This document shows positions 48,056 through 57,908 of a stretch of DNA of 64,000 nt, piece by piece. The DNA is from a virus. The stretch is taken from positions 1 to 64,000 of IMG/VR virus record IMGVR_UViG_3300029825_000003, one strand, 5' to 3'. Each line of letters begins with the position of its first letter. Within the stretch, counting starts at the first letter, position 1. The notes beneath the pieces were generated by a model. The model had not been told where the DNA came from. It saw nothing but the letters and a program-made list of their open reading frames with translations, and ran no database searches. Position numbers and translations under genes: made by a program.

Positions 48056-48070
48056 GTTTGGAGTCTCCTG

Positions 48071-48487
48071 TTATTGTATTAAAAGAGAGAAATTAATCGA
48101 ATATATTGTAAAATTAGAATCAGAAGAGACAAGCCCAGGAGGACTTTTCGCCTGAATATACAAAAATTTCGTAGTGCCAATTATAGTATTATAAATATCG
48201 TAAAGTAAATTATATATCGAATCGGCTTTCGTTTTCGCTGTATAATTTACAGAATTTCTAACAAGAATACTAAGGTTAATCTGCTGTGGATCTCGTTGCC
48301 CTGTGACTATTTTGTGAGTATTTGTACCCGGATAAGGAAGTAAAGAAATGCAATTAGTTGAAAGGTCAAATTTGCCGTAAAAAATGTCAGTGCCTACTGT
48401 TCCTATAGAATTCGTCTGGAGGTAAGCCCCTAAATCACTGAGATAAGTTTCAATTGTCAAGTGCTCCCTCCATAGCTGAATTGACAT
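48071..48487 (-). CDS. Tail terminator / completion protein
   Basis: GT.GTDIF.G...Q+.VR...Y..A...A..IY..L...+NF pattern; position. Confidence 0.75.
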   Translation of the reverse strand: MSIQLWREHLTIETYLSDLGAYLQTNSIGTVGTDIFYGKFDLSTNCISLLPYPGTNTHKIVTGQRDPQQINLSILVRNSVNYTAKTKADSIYNLLYDIYNTIIGTTKFLYIQAKSPPGLVSSDSNFTIYSINFSLLIQ

Positions 48488-48833
48488 TTGCCTGTAGTTT
48501 TCCCTGATACATTAGAAGGGGGGTTTCCAGATACTTCCATTGAGCATTTGGAGGGTTATAGTGATTATACGGGATCGCCTCAACCCAATAAGCATAATTA
48601 ACTTTTTCATTTCCATAGGAAATTTTCACAGTAAACCTTGAATTTGAGTCTTCTGAAACTACTTCTGTCTGCGAGTTTTTCAAATCACCAGATAATACAG
48701 GACAAAATGTTTCTTTTGAGATTGTGGCTATTTCGTGGGCTGTATCCTTTGTGGCTTCTTTAGCGGCTGACCACATTGCATTGGAAATGAGTCTCGTTCT
48801 AGCTGCACAAGCTGAAGCTCCGGAAGTGCTCAT
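48450..48833 (-). CDS. HK97 gp10-like neck protein
   Basis: CPV.SGDLKNS...YA..VE...Q.KYLE.P. Confidence 0.8.
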   Translation of the reverse strand: MSTSGASACAARTRLISNAMWSAAKEATKDTAHEIATISKETFCPVLSGDLKNSQTEVVSEDSNSRFTVKISYGNEKVNYAYWVEAIPYNHYNPPNAQWKYLETPLLMYQGKLQANVNSAMEGALDN

Positions 48834-49156
48834 CAGAAGCCTCCTTTGATTTCTTCGCCTAACCAGACCTCTACGCAGATTTCAAGACCAAGAGGAGGTT
48901 TAACGTGTTGAATTAAAACTATGGGAGCAGTAGTATTATCTGAAAGTGTTATCTGATCGGTTTTTAAAATCGTAGTTGACGGGGGAAACTGAATCCATGC
49001 ACATGTTAAAAAATGTTTTTCATTCTGCCCCTTGATTACCTTTTCAACTTTTTCATAATTACATGTAAGAGTTGATGCCGTCCCGTAACTATCGTCCCAT
49101 CCATTGTTAGAAGTCTTTGACTTTTTCGTCACTGACGAAGCAAAGAACATTAACAT
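48833..49156 (-). CDS. Head closure / stopper-like protein
   Basis: Beta-rich; position between adaptor and gp10-like gene. Confidence 0.65.
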   Translation of the reverse strand: MLMFFASSVTKKSKTSNNGWDDSYGTASTLTCNYEKVEKVIKGQNEKHFLTCAWIQFPPSTTILKTDQITLSDNTTAPIVLIQHVKPPLGLEICVEVWLGEEIKGGF

Positions 49157-49252
49157 CCCTCCGATACTGATATGAAAAATAAAGGATCTCCTGACAGTGA
49201 GAACGATTCATAAGGGGTATACTGCCAGGAGATGAAGGGGTTTTCATCGGGA

Positions 49253-49642
49253 TTAATGGTGATGCCCTCCACAATGAGAATTAAAGCCGCATTGATAAGA
49301 GGGGCTTGAAAAAACGTAAGCTGAAGAATAATTATATTGTGAGATATACGACTGAGACTTCTTTTCGTATCTTTCAATATCTACGTCAATATTGTTTTGC
49401 TGTTTTGAACCGGGGGTTTCTCTACTGGCTGCCATTTCCCCTGTGGTTTTCATCCGGGTCAAAACAGCCGCAAGAATAGCATATTTCCCCGCTAAAATAA
49501 CAAGAGGATTAGTTTCTACTGTAGTATTGCACTCTGTGAGAACGTCTTCTGAAACCTCTGTGATAATATCCGTGATGTCTGCATCTGCAAGAGTGCCCGT
49601 ATAGATATGTGCTCTAACGTAATCTACATCACAGAGTGCCAT
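49253..49642 (-). CDS. Head-tail adaptor (start MALCDV)
   Basis: Helical MA.C.V..VR pattern; position; AGGT RBS. Confidence 0.65.
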   Translation of the reverse strand: MALCDVDYVRAHIYTGTLADADITDIITEVSEDVLTECNTTVETNPLVILAGKYAILAAVLTRMKTTGEMAASRETPGSKQQNNIDVDIERYEKKSQSYISQYNYSSAYVFSSPSYQCGFNSHCGGHHH

Positions 49643-49840
49643 ACCTGAAAAAAGACTTCTGAAGGATATAAACAAAAATAGGAAAAGTTCTGACTAGATG
49701 GAAACTAACTAAAAAGAAACTCTTAAAATTCAAGGCATCCCATTTTAACAGTCTTCAAAATCACTCTAAAACAGAAATATTAAAATGTCTTCCGTAAAAA
49801 ATACAATTCAGACGATAAATAAAAAAGTCATTTATATACT

Positions 49841-49890
49841 TTTTACGTCAACACGTAAAAGAAGTTTTACGCACTAGCGTAAGAGCTTAT
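49841..49890. promoter_or_regulatory. Cluster of palindromes TTTTACGT-N4-ACGTAAAA, TTACGC-N4-GCGTAA and TAAGAGCTTA
   Basis: Read directly, immediately downstream of 49899..50471. Confidence 0.7.
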
Positions 49891-49898
49891 TATATAAT

Positions 49899-50471
49899 TC
49901 ATTTTATGCTTACTAAAACCCTATCTTTTTTATTAATCCACTCAATAGAAACCACATCTGGAAACATCTCTGTACTTTTCGTCATGATCTCCGATGCGGT
50001 GACTTGAATTCGTTCAGGATTTACCCTAATTCCTTCATCGACTTCCATTAATAGAAAAGATTGAATTTCTTTTGGAGTGATATACTTCATTTTGAGGAAC
50101 TGATTTCCATTGAATAGTTTGATTCTTCGCTCGCTCATTGAAAGGAGCTTTTCCACGACGCATCGAATTCGTTGTTCAGTTTCGTTTCCTGTGATGAGAT
50201 GGACTTCTTTTTCCTTGAGTCTCTTAGTTACGTCCGCATCATGCACGATTAACGCATATTCCCGGTTTTTCAAAGTCCCTTTCCGCAAAAACTCCGCCTG
50301 AGAGAGGTCTTTAAGGTGCTTCTCTTGGCATTCCTTAGAACAGTAGACATCCGCAGTCTTACCATATTTTAGATAGTGAAAGGTCTTTAATTCTCGTTTT
50401 TGTTCAACAGTTATATAAAAAACATTTGAACACTCAGGATATGAACAATTAACAAGTGTCAGGGGCTGCAT
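49899..50471 (-). CDS. Zinc finger + conserved C-terminal domain protein (paralogue of 3731..4285), non-structural
   Basis: CSYPEC...YCSKECQ; C-terminal FL..V.E..RV...I....EIM.K...MFP..V.+...R.LV. Confidence 0.7.
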   Translation of the reverse strand: MQPLTLVNCSYPECSNVFYITVEQKRELKTFHYLKYGKTADVYCSKECQEKHLKDLSQAEFLRKGTLKNREYALIVHDADVTKRLKEKEVHLITGNETEQRIRCVVEKLLSMSERRIKLFNGNQFLKMKYITPKEIQSFLLMEVDEGIRVNPERIQVTASEIMTKSTEMFPDVVSIEWINKKDRVLVSIK

Positions 50472-50688
50472 CTATGACTCCATTAATATAAGCTTCAGGG
50501 GATAGACAATAAGTTTCATAATCAATCGTGATAAGCCCGTCTAACTCGGAAGAATAGGCTTCATCGGCAAGACGGTCAACCGCTTCGATCAAAAAAGGGA
50601 TTCTATTTTGTCCACAGTCTTGTCTTCTGGGACAGCGATTTGTGCATATCTCACCCATATTATTATTTGAATGAGCTAGACATAACAT
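50449..50688 (-). CDS. Cys-rich small protein
   Basis: CTNRCPRRQDC. Confidence 0.4.
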   Translation of the reverse strand: MLCLAHSNNNMGEICTNRCPRRQDCGQNRIPFLIEAVDRLADEAYSSELDGLITIDYETYCLSPEAYINGVIDAAPDTC

Positions 50689-50736
50689 AGTAAAATAATA
50701 TTATATCAGTAGTATATAAAAATTGGGATAGTATAC

Positions 50737-51054
50737 TCAAACAGAACGCTGAACTTCCACTTTCAAATAACCTTCTTGCGGATACGTAATTTTGGCACCA
50801 TCCTTAGAAATGAGTTCAAACTGTGCACTGAAAAATCCGGCTCTATCAAGATCACTGAACGGGATAGCCACCCCTCCTTTGCATACAGGGGTATAATTTT
50901 CAGACGGGATTGACTGTCTAATACATTTTATCCTTTTCGAATAGTTCCTTTTATCCCCAAACTTAAAGTACACCTCTTTAAATGTCAGGTCTACACCGGG
51001 AATCACGAAATTTACTGTAATTGTATCCCCTTGATTCACAATAAATTCAGTCAT
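50737..51054 (-). CDS. BppU-N-like Ig-fold structural protein
   Basis: +.QGDT..+.F...DLT...V.F...G.+...F...AG.+.A+FE...G.K.TYP..GY+.+.V. Confidence 0.65.
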   Translation of the reverse strand: MTEFIVNQGDTITVNFVIPGVDLTFKEVYFKFGDKRNYSKRIKCIRQSIPSENYTPVCKGGVAIPFSDLDRAGFFSAQFELISKDGAKITYPQEGYLKVEVQRSV

Positions 51055-51407
51055 AGTGTCACCTGAATTGCTGGATACACTTTCAACACATAATATTCAT
51101 TTCCATTTGGAATTATAGACAGTTCCCCGTTTTTATTCGCGACAAACTCACATTCATACTCGCCGTCGTGCTCTAATTGAATGGCTGTAAAGTTTATCGT
51201 GACACCGCCTTCTGAAGCAGGGTATGTACTATTACCAATCGTACATGGCACAGAAAAACTATGATTCAAACCGTCAGAAATGTTGAATACGATAGTGGTA
51301 AATGTAGTCAGGTCTATAGGTATCTCATTTTGGAGGAGTTGACAGATTACATTATCCGTGATACCTGTTTTATATTCGATGTCCGCAACTCCATTTTTTG
51401 TGCTCAT
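51051..51407 (-). CDS. BppU-N-like Ig-fold structural protein (tandem paralogue)
   Basis: PIDLT.FT..F...GGV...F...G.Y..EF...P....+.V. Confidence 0.65.
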   Translation of the reverse strand: MSTKNGVADIEYKTGITDNVICQLLQNEIPIDLTTFTTIVFNISDGLNHSFSVPCTIGNSTYPASEGGVTINFTAIQLEHDGEYECEFVANKNGELSIIPNGNEYYVLKVYPAIQVTL

Positions 51408-51577
51408 GGGTCAATCACCGCGGAATATACATTTTTAATAAATGTGGCAGTGTAAATATTTTTTAATATTACAGATGTTAGTGGGTAATCCAACCCTTCG
51501 AAATCGAATGATGTTACTGTCCTCGGGTATAACATATCAGGATATAACCCGGTTGGGAATAGTCCAGTTGGATACAT
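51407..51577 (-). CDS. Small structural protein with YP/FP repeats
   Basis: MYPTGLFPTGLYPDMLYP...; TAATG/ATGA-type coupling. Confidence 0.55.
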
Positions 51578-51579
51578 AA

Positions 51580-52473
51580 TTACACCAATGTTATATTATT
51601 TAGTGTACGATCCCCTTTTGAATCCACAGTAAATGTCGCTGTACCCACTCCGGCAAGTGAAATTGTATACGTGCCTGCACCGCCACCGGCTGGTAATGTA
51701 TAATTCCCAATTTCCATAATGAGACATTTTTTTATCATCGACCAATCGATAGTTGAAATAAGCGAGGTCTGCCCGTCTTTTATTGATTTCAATGAATCGG
51801 TGGCTGTCCACCCTACCCCTTTTACCTGTGAAAATGAATCATCAACTTCGAGTTTCGTAGGGACCCCATATGTACTCATCGCCTCGGATGTTTTAGCAAA
51901 AATGATATCAGGAGTGATCTTATCGGTACTCGTTTTGATTAATACTACATTTGACCCAATATTATCTACATTAGTAGAAATTGTTTTAAGTGTGTTTGTA
52001 GGCGTCCAGTCGACACCCTTGATGTCATTGATAGCAGACGTGACATCATTTGCCGAAGCCGTACCGTATGTTTCGAGTGCAGTCCTTACTACCGATTCGA
52101 TGTCAAGGAGAGTTAAGTTGTCGGTATTTGATTTTATTGCGGAAACGTTTGCGGCGATTGTATTTATGTCGCCGTCGATATCCGAAACATATATCCTGAA
52201 TTTCCCGTCGATAATATCTGTACCAGTTACTATTCCTGCGAGGATTGAGCCTGATGCAGGTATGGAAGTACCGGGAATTGTAACAAGGTACATATCCATT
52301 GTTGAATTGAAAACAGCAGTGGCTCCAGTGATTTCCGCGGGAGTGCCTCCATTCACACTCCCTAAAATATGTAGATTTGTTATTACCGATTTATATTCTG
52401 CATAGGTAGATGAAGAAATTAACTCCATCCAGAATTTAGTTTCGGTGTTGGGTTGTGCGTTAATTTCTATCAT
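51580..52473 (-). CDS. Fibre-like structural protein with internal duplication
   Basis: YG...V...+..+KGV.WT.T.+LK.I occurs twice; heptad stretches. Confidence 0.65.
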   Translation of the reverse strand: MIEINAQPNTETKFWMELISSSTYAEYKSVITNLHILGSVNGGTPAEITGATAVFNSTMDMYLVTIPGTSIPASGSILAGIVTGTDIIDGKFRIYVSDIDGDINTIAANVSAIKSNTDNLTLLDIESVVRTALETYGTASANDVTSAINDIKGVDWTPTNTLKTISTNVDNIGSNVVLIKTSTDKITPDIIFAKTSEAMSTYGVPTKLEVDDSFSQVKGVGWTATDSLKSIKDGQTSLISTIDWSMIKKCLIMEIGNYTLPAGGGAGTYTISLAGVGTATFTVDSKGDRTLNNITLV

Positions 52474-52474
52474 G

Positions 52475-54310
52475 TTACCACCACAGGAAGGATCTTAGCC
52501 ACCAGTATATTTGAGCAAGAGTAGATGGCATTGTCTCTTCTTCGATATTTAGAGTAAGTATAATTTCTGGGCCCGAAAGAATGGCAGGATTGGGGGAATA
52601 CCATGTATTATCTGGATCAAATATTTTATAATCGGATTGCCCCGATTTTGTTGCCGTGATTTCTGATATATAAGTAGTTTCAGACGTTGTGTTTTTAAAC
52701 ATGTTAGGTATAGCCATCCAATTAGATCTGTTGCCAGAATCGTATAATCTCCCATTTTTATCTGTTACAAACCTCTCCTGCACTACCCCGTACCCATTTC
52801 TAGCAGTAGTATTTGTTGTTAACACCGCGTTATCTACTGGATTACCACTTATATCGTTAATTACTATATTCGGATAATAATATTCCGTATAATCGTTTTG
52901 GTTGTCTGGGTGTAATATTACCCCGCCTTCGAAATAACTATTGATTATCGATGTGTTAAGGGCCCACACTAAATACGCTGCTGGATCATATCCATCACCG
53001 GAAAAATTACAGTCAATTAATTTAGTGTCATTTAAATATCCATCCACCCCTACCGATGTCGCACCAAGGGCAAACGCATATGGATCATTAACAGTTGACC
53101 CCGATGCGTTTATAATTGTAAGATTTTCTCCTTTGTTTATATTCCCAAACTTTTTAGAGTTGTAGGTTATCGCGTTTTCTAGCCACACGTTGACAAAATT
53201 GTTCCATGATAAGTCCGAACCGGTTGCGTTTTCAGTATATAAGTTATAAATATATATATCATGGCTTGGTACAGTAATATTTCTTCCAGTTGGATATGTT
53301 CTAGTGTGGATATTTGAAACGCACTCCACAGGACCTGTAATCATAAAATTTTCCATCAGTGAATGTCTAATTATAACATTTGTGAGAGTTACGTTAAATC
53401 CACTGTGCAGATCAATCCCATTGTGCCCTGAATAATTAACTTCGATGTCACAACCGGTGAAGTTATATTCATGCCCAGACAAGGCAAACCCAGATCTCCC
53501 CGTACCGTTAAGTGAGATGTTCCACGCTTGATTATCGTGCCCCCCTGTATTAGTTTCATACAACCCTGACGTAACTGCGCCTGCAAAATACACTCCAGTA
53601 GTTGCATCCACGTTGTCAGGTATTGCTCCCTCAGCTGTGATATTGTAGATGACCGTGTTTGTCGCATTGCCAATTTCCAGAAAACGCCCTTCCATGTCCT
53701 GAAAATGGATATCATGTAATATTCCCCCAACCATCCCAACAGTGCCTTCTATTTTTGGACCCATGTCCCCATTTAAAAATATAACATTAGACATTTCAAA
53801 ATTTTTAACATTGTGGTATGGGAGAGAATATACTCCAAAATATTTAATATCGTTGAATCTTGAGTTTGTGATGTTAATTCCGGGTTTGATAGCAGATGCA
53901 AAACTAACCCGAGTGGGATAAACACATTTGATAGTCGAATTTGAAAAGTTGAATGGACCTAGATCATGTTCGGTACTAAGTGTAAGTGACCCATCTGCCC
54001 TCTGGTAATACGTTGTTTTATCTGAGTGATTGTACCATCCAGTATTATATTGAATTCTGCGAATATTGTTGAACATATACCCGTCTTCGTATGGGATGAA
54101 GACGTCATGTTCGGCCATATATGTACTATTATCAACGTGTTTTATATGGGTCGCTAAATACGATGCGTTCATTTCTCCCCCATATAATCTTAAGTATGGT
54201 TCGCCCCCCCATCCATCTGGATCGTATGTTGCATAAGCGTCTGCACTCGCACAACCACATAACACCCCAACCAACATCAAAAAAAATACAACCCTAAATA
54301 AAAATCTCAC
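52475..54310 (-). CDS. Signal-peptide-bearing beta-helix surface protein
   Basis: MRFLFRVVFFLMLVGVLCGCASA signal; beta-helix repeats (GHNGIDLHSG.NVTL.NV.I). Confidence 0.75.
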   Translation of the reverse strand: MRFLFRVVFFLMLVGVLCGCASADAYATYDPDGWGGEPYLRLYGGEMNASYLATHIKHVDNSTYMAEHDVFIPYEDGYMFNNIRRIQYNTGWYNHSDKTTYYQRADGSLTLSTEHDLGPFNFSNSTIKCVYPTRVSFASAIKPGINITNSRFNDIKYFGVYSLPYHNVKNFEMSNVIFLNGDMGPKIEGTVGMVGGILHDIHFQDMEGRFLEIGNATNTVIYNITAEGAIPDNVDATTGVYFAGAVTSGLYETNTGGHDNQAWNISLNGTGRSGFALSGHEYNFTGCDIEVNYSGHNGIDLHSGFNVTLTNVIIRHSLMENFMITGPVECVSNIHTRTYPTGRNITVPSHDIYIYNLYTENATGSDLSWNNFVNVWLENAITYNSKKFGNINKGENLTIINASGSTVNDPYAFALGATSVGVDGYLNDTKLIDCNFSGDGYDPAAYLVWALNTSIINSYFEGGVILHPDNQNDYTEYYYPNIVINDISGNPVDNAVLTTNTTARNGYGVVQERFVTDKNGRLYDSGNRSNWMAIPNMFKNTTSETTYISEITATKSGQSDYKIFDPDNTWYSPNPAILSGPEIILTLNIEEETMPSTLAQIYWWLRSFLWW

Positions 54311-54317
54311 TACTCTC

Positions 54318-54749
54318 TCACTCCATTACAATCTTTTTCAAATACTCAGTCACACCCTCAACCTGCCCAGCAAATACCTCATCAGGTGATTTCTCAACAT
54401 ACTCAGCAATCAGCGGTTTCAATACGGATCTCAATTCAAGTTTATTCGCTCGTTCCTGGGCTTGCTGAGATCCTCGTGTAACCGCCTCACTCATGAGAGA
54501 TTCAATGAGGCTTTTCAGAGCTACCGTGTCGGATATGTCAATTGAGGTATTCTCGGGAATCTGAATACTCACGGGGATTTCAGGGTATTCCGGGAGAGGG
54601 TTGCCGTCATCACCTAATTCAGATGTGAGTTTTATGTTTCCATTTTCATCGGTAAGTGGGTTTGCGATGTCTTCAAACAGTACAACGATATTTGATGAGT
54701 TATCCGGGATATGTGGTATTTTTTTTCGTCGGAGGGAGATTTCAGCCAT
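54318..54749 (-). CDS. Hypothetical protein (start MAEISL; TAATG-coupled to upstream gene)
   Basis: ORF. Confidence 0.65.
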   Translation of the reverse strand: MAEISLRRKKIPHIPDNSSNIVVLFEDIANPLTDENGNIKLTSELGDDGNPLPEYPEIPVSIQIPENTSIDISDTVALKSLIESLMSEAVTRGSQQAQERANKLELRSVLKPLIAEYVEKSPDEVFAGQVEGVTEYLKKIVME

Positions 54750-56980
54750 TAGATCACCATTCCGTAGGATTGTAAGAATTTCGAGAGAGAACCTTCTAGT
54801 GATGCCTCTAGGCAATCTGGGATATCATTAGAATCAGTATCGCGAGTGAGATCCGAGTAGTGGATTTGTCCGTGATAGAGTAATCCATTACCTGGATATA
54901 GTGTTAGTTCGTGGATCTGCCCGCTTTCGTTTCGTTTGAAGGAGAGGTTTCTTGGTCTGTGCGTGAATAAATAAAAATCAATTTCTGAGGTTGCGGGATC
55001 ATAGAGAGCAATCCACGGTTTGATTTGATTTTGGAGACCGTATGAGGCGTTTGTGGAGTTTGAGAATTCATATGTGGTTGCGCCCATGTTTTGAGCAATT
55101 GGTTTCAGGTGACAGATCAGCCCGGTGGTGCTTACGGGCTGATTGTTTGTTATCGCCGTCATTTCTACAGGTGACAACGATCTGTTGTAAATCCAAACTT
55201 CTGAGATCAACCCCTTAAATAAATTTGTAGGATTAGTCGTTCTCGATATATACCATCCATTTAAATTTACAAAACTTCCGGTCCATACCTTAGAATCTAC
55301 CTGTACCCCATTTTTATATGCAATTATATTCGTGCCCGTTGCAACTACTCCGTAATCGCGCCATTCGCCTGATGTGTATGTCATGGCTGGCATTGCAGAC
55401 GGTACTACTCCATTATCATCTCTTATTTGAATGTCAGAGTTCCCCGACCTAAACGCAATTGTTGATTTTGAGGGGGTTGTATTTCTAATGTCTATTATAT
55501 GTTTTCCAGTGTCCCCTCCTGAACTGTCACACTTTGCACGTACTATTATAGTGCATTGTGAGCCTAGAGAGGTTTGCTTGTTATTTATTATGGCGGAACT
55601 TGAAATGCCGTCGAATACGAGTGCCGAGTTTTTGTTACCCAACCCGTCATCTGATATAGAACACCCTGAAACAGACAGTGTATTTCCTGTCTGTGAGATG
55701 TCTGGAACGACTTTCAGAACTCCGTTTATATCGTCATAATAAGTAATCACTTTCAGCCGAACCTTATTAAAATTAGTTCTCCCTCCATCAGAAGGCGGCA
55801 AATCAATTCTAAAACCTATCCTGTTGCGAGTGCCTTTATTCGCGCTGTAAGTTATATTTCCTGAACTTCCGGCTTTTGTGTCTCCTGATATGCCTTTAGG
55901 GAAATAAGCTCTGCCTAATCCAGATCCATAGACATCATCAAATTTTGTACCGTCTAACATTTTCATGTTTGCAGGAGTACTTGAAATATTTGAGTATGCA
56001 CCATCGAGGGAATCTCTGCGACATTCTGCGTATGCGCTGCCTCCCCAACATTGAACGATTGTTGAGGTTGCGGCGAGGTTGTTTGGGGTTTGTAATTCTA
56101 TGTATGCTGATTTTGCGGAGTCTACTGCGACTCCATACATACTAAACGTAACCGATGAAAATGGTGCTCTACCAGTAATACCCACTCGGATGTGCGTAAC
56201 ATTCGACCAGTTCACCGTCCCGGCAATAAACGTGGGGCCAGCTAGCTCAGTATTGCCACCTCCAGGGTTTGCCAATGTTGTCGACTTCGCAGCACATATT
56301 ACAAATGACGGGACGTTAGGACTGATTACACAATTTGTTTTTGATACCCTATTACTCTCATCAGTACCAATTGATAGATATACCCTACCGCCAACTGGGT
56401 CTGAAATTCCAGCCATGTAAAAATATTTATTAGACATGTCAATTGATATCGTTTTTGATACTGCAAATTGGCCAGCTTCATCTGTAGTGCCTGCCACGGT
56501 GATTTTTGTTCCATCCGAGGAAATTGAATGATTCTTGCCGATTATTCCACCCCATCCAACCGCACTGTCGCCGCTATCTATAACCGTAGGATTATTACTC
56601 TCAGCCGTATTTTCAACTATAAATTCCTCGGTAATCGTATGAGCATCAGTATCAACTGTCAAAAGTGATAACTCTTTTAACTTGCCCGCCGTTAATGTTT
56701 TCGTGGAATTTGTCCCTGACAAATCAGTCAGATATACTCCATCTGTCTGACAAAAAAGAGTACCCGGCGCATAATCAGGAGATCCAGAACCTTTTAAACC
56801 ACCGAAAGGACTTTCTGTGACTGTAAGCCTGTTGCTATTGAGGGTGTATTCATTGAATGAAGGAAGAATCGTAGGGTTTCCAGTCGGGAGAACTAAAACT
56901 TTACCCTCTGTATCTATTGATATCGATTCCCCCACAACAAAAACAGGTGAAAAAGGAGCAGATGGAGTTTTCAACTTCAT
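54749..56980 (-). CDS. Adhesin-like virion protein with LamG/concanavalin domain
   Basis: AL.FDG...T+..RA...W....V......YKNG...F.G.ISEV.IYNRSLS..E. Confidence 0.75.
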   Translation of the reverse strand: MKLKTPSAPFSPVFVVGESISIDTEGKVLVLPTGNPTILPSFNEYTLNSNRLTVTESPFGGLKGSGSPDYAPGTLFCQTDGVYLTDLSGTNSTKTLTAGKLKELSLLTVDTDAHTITEEFIVENTAESNNPTVIDSGDSAVGWGGIIGKNHSISSDGTKITVAGTTDEAGQFAVSKTISIDMSNKYFYMAGISDPVGGRVYLSIGTDESNRVSKTNCVISPNVPSFVICAAKSTTLANPGGGNTELAGPTFIAGTVNWSNVTHIRVGITGRAPFSSVTFSMYGVAVDSAKSAYIELQTPNNLAATSTIVQCWGGSAYAECRRDSLDGAYSNISSTPANMKMLDGTKFDDVYGSGLGRAYFPKGISGDTKAGSSGNITYSANKGTRNRIGFRIDLPPSDGGRTNFNKVRLKVITYYDDINGVLKVVPDISQTGNTLSVSGCSISDDGLGNKNSALVFDGISSSAIINNKQTSLGSQCTIIVRAKCDSSGGDTGKHIIDIRNTTPSKSTIAFRSGNSDIQIRDDNGVVPSAMPAMTYTSGEWRDYGVVATGTNIIAYKNGVQVDSKVWTGSFVNLNGWYISRTTNPTNLFKGLISEVWIYNRSLSPVEMTAITNNQPVSTTGLICHLKPIAQNMGATTYEFSNSTNASYGLQNQIKPWIALYDPATSEIDFYLFTHRPRNLSFKRNESGQIHELTLYPGNGLLYHGQIHYSDLTRDTDSNDIPDCLEASLEGSLSKFLQSYGMVI

Positions 56981-57340
56981 TCAACGCCACCTGTCGACCG
57001 AAACGGTAATTTCCGCAGTATTCACTGCATCTGTGTTAGTCGCTACTGCGTAAATATATTTAGGGATTGCGTCTTTCTCAATGTAGCAGCCTGCTGAACC
57101 TCCTGCGCCGAGTGTGAACGGTCTGAGGACATAAGAGATACCTCCGGTAGCTGCATTAACCGCATAAATTGAAACAGTCACATTTGTTGACGTGCCTGTA
57201 TTTTTCACCGATATCTGCAATTTTGACATTCTTTCAACTGCAAGCCTTGAAGATGTCGCCGAGGGCGTTGCGCCTCCGGATACAGTGAGAGCCTGGGTAG
57301 AGAAAAGTTCAACAGAATCAAAAGAAAGAGGAGAGTACAT
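56981..57340 (-). CDS. Small beta-sandwich structural protein
   Basis: Within capsid operon; GGGGA RBS. Confidence 0.65.
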   Translation of the reverse strand: MYSPLSFDSVELFSTQALTVSGGATPSATSSRLAVERMSKLQISVKNTGTSTNVTVSIYAVNAATGGISYVLRPFTLGAGGSAGCYIEKDAIPKYIYAVATNTDAVNTAEITVSVDRWR

Positions 57341-57349
57341 TTAATCCCC

Positions 57350-57856
57350 TCATACAACTGTATAGAAAATATAATATTTCCCTACAAGTGCACTTGCAGC
57401 CTCTGTCAAAATCTGACCTGTAATATAGTCAGTTGTCCCGTCCTTTTCATCGAGAACGCAACCTATAGCTAGCCCATTACTGCCTTTGTTAGTGATGTTA
57501 TCAAAAATACCGGTCTGATTAATATCAAGACCGTCAATAAGTGTATCACTATGGGTTGTTGCCGATGCTCCGGGGCCAACATCAATTACTGATGTCGCCG
57601 TCCCTCCGGCGGTCTCGATTCTAAGCATTACCCTAGTTACTAATATTTTTGAGGATTCTGGATTTTGCCAAGCGAGCGCGAAAGCATTTGCCGCTCCTGC
57701 AGTAAGCGTTCCTTTTACTATTTTGAGCCCTGCTGCATCTGTAGCCACAAGACTATCAAGTTCTGTATCAATAAGAGCAAGTTCAGAAGTGATTTTCTTA
57801 GCGAGTGATCCTCCACGCGCTGCAAATCCGGTTGTTCCGGGTGCTACATATGTCAT
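57350..57856 (-). CDS. Head decoration / fibre-like protein
   Basis: Directly downstream of MCP; AAGGAG RBS. Confidence 0.6.
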   Translation of the reverse strand: MTYVAPGTTGFAARGGSLAKKITSELALIDTELDSLVATDAAGLKIVKGTLTAGAANAFALAWQNPESSKILVTRVMLRIETAGGTATSVIDVGPGASATTHSDTLIDGLDINQTGIFDNITNKGSNGLAIGCVLDEKDGTTDYITGQILTEAASALVGKYYIFYTVV

Positions 57857-57908
57857 ATAAAAATCTCCTTGATATTATGTACTCAGGAAGTCCAAAAAGA
57901 AAAGGGGA

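Noticed and set aside
37632-49156. Contractile (myovirus) tail
   Set aside because: No sheath or baseplate-wedge genes; tube-chaperone-TMP-Dit-Tal order is siphovirus-like
51719-52405. 228-aa plus-strand ORF
   Set aside because: Antisense shadow of 51580..52473; no RBS, atypical composition
37632-57856. Diversity-generating retroelement acting on adhesins
   Set aside because: No reverse transcriptase in the window, and no TR/VR pair differing only at adenines was detected by eye
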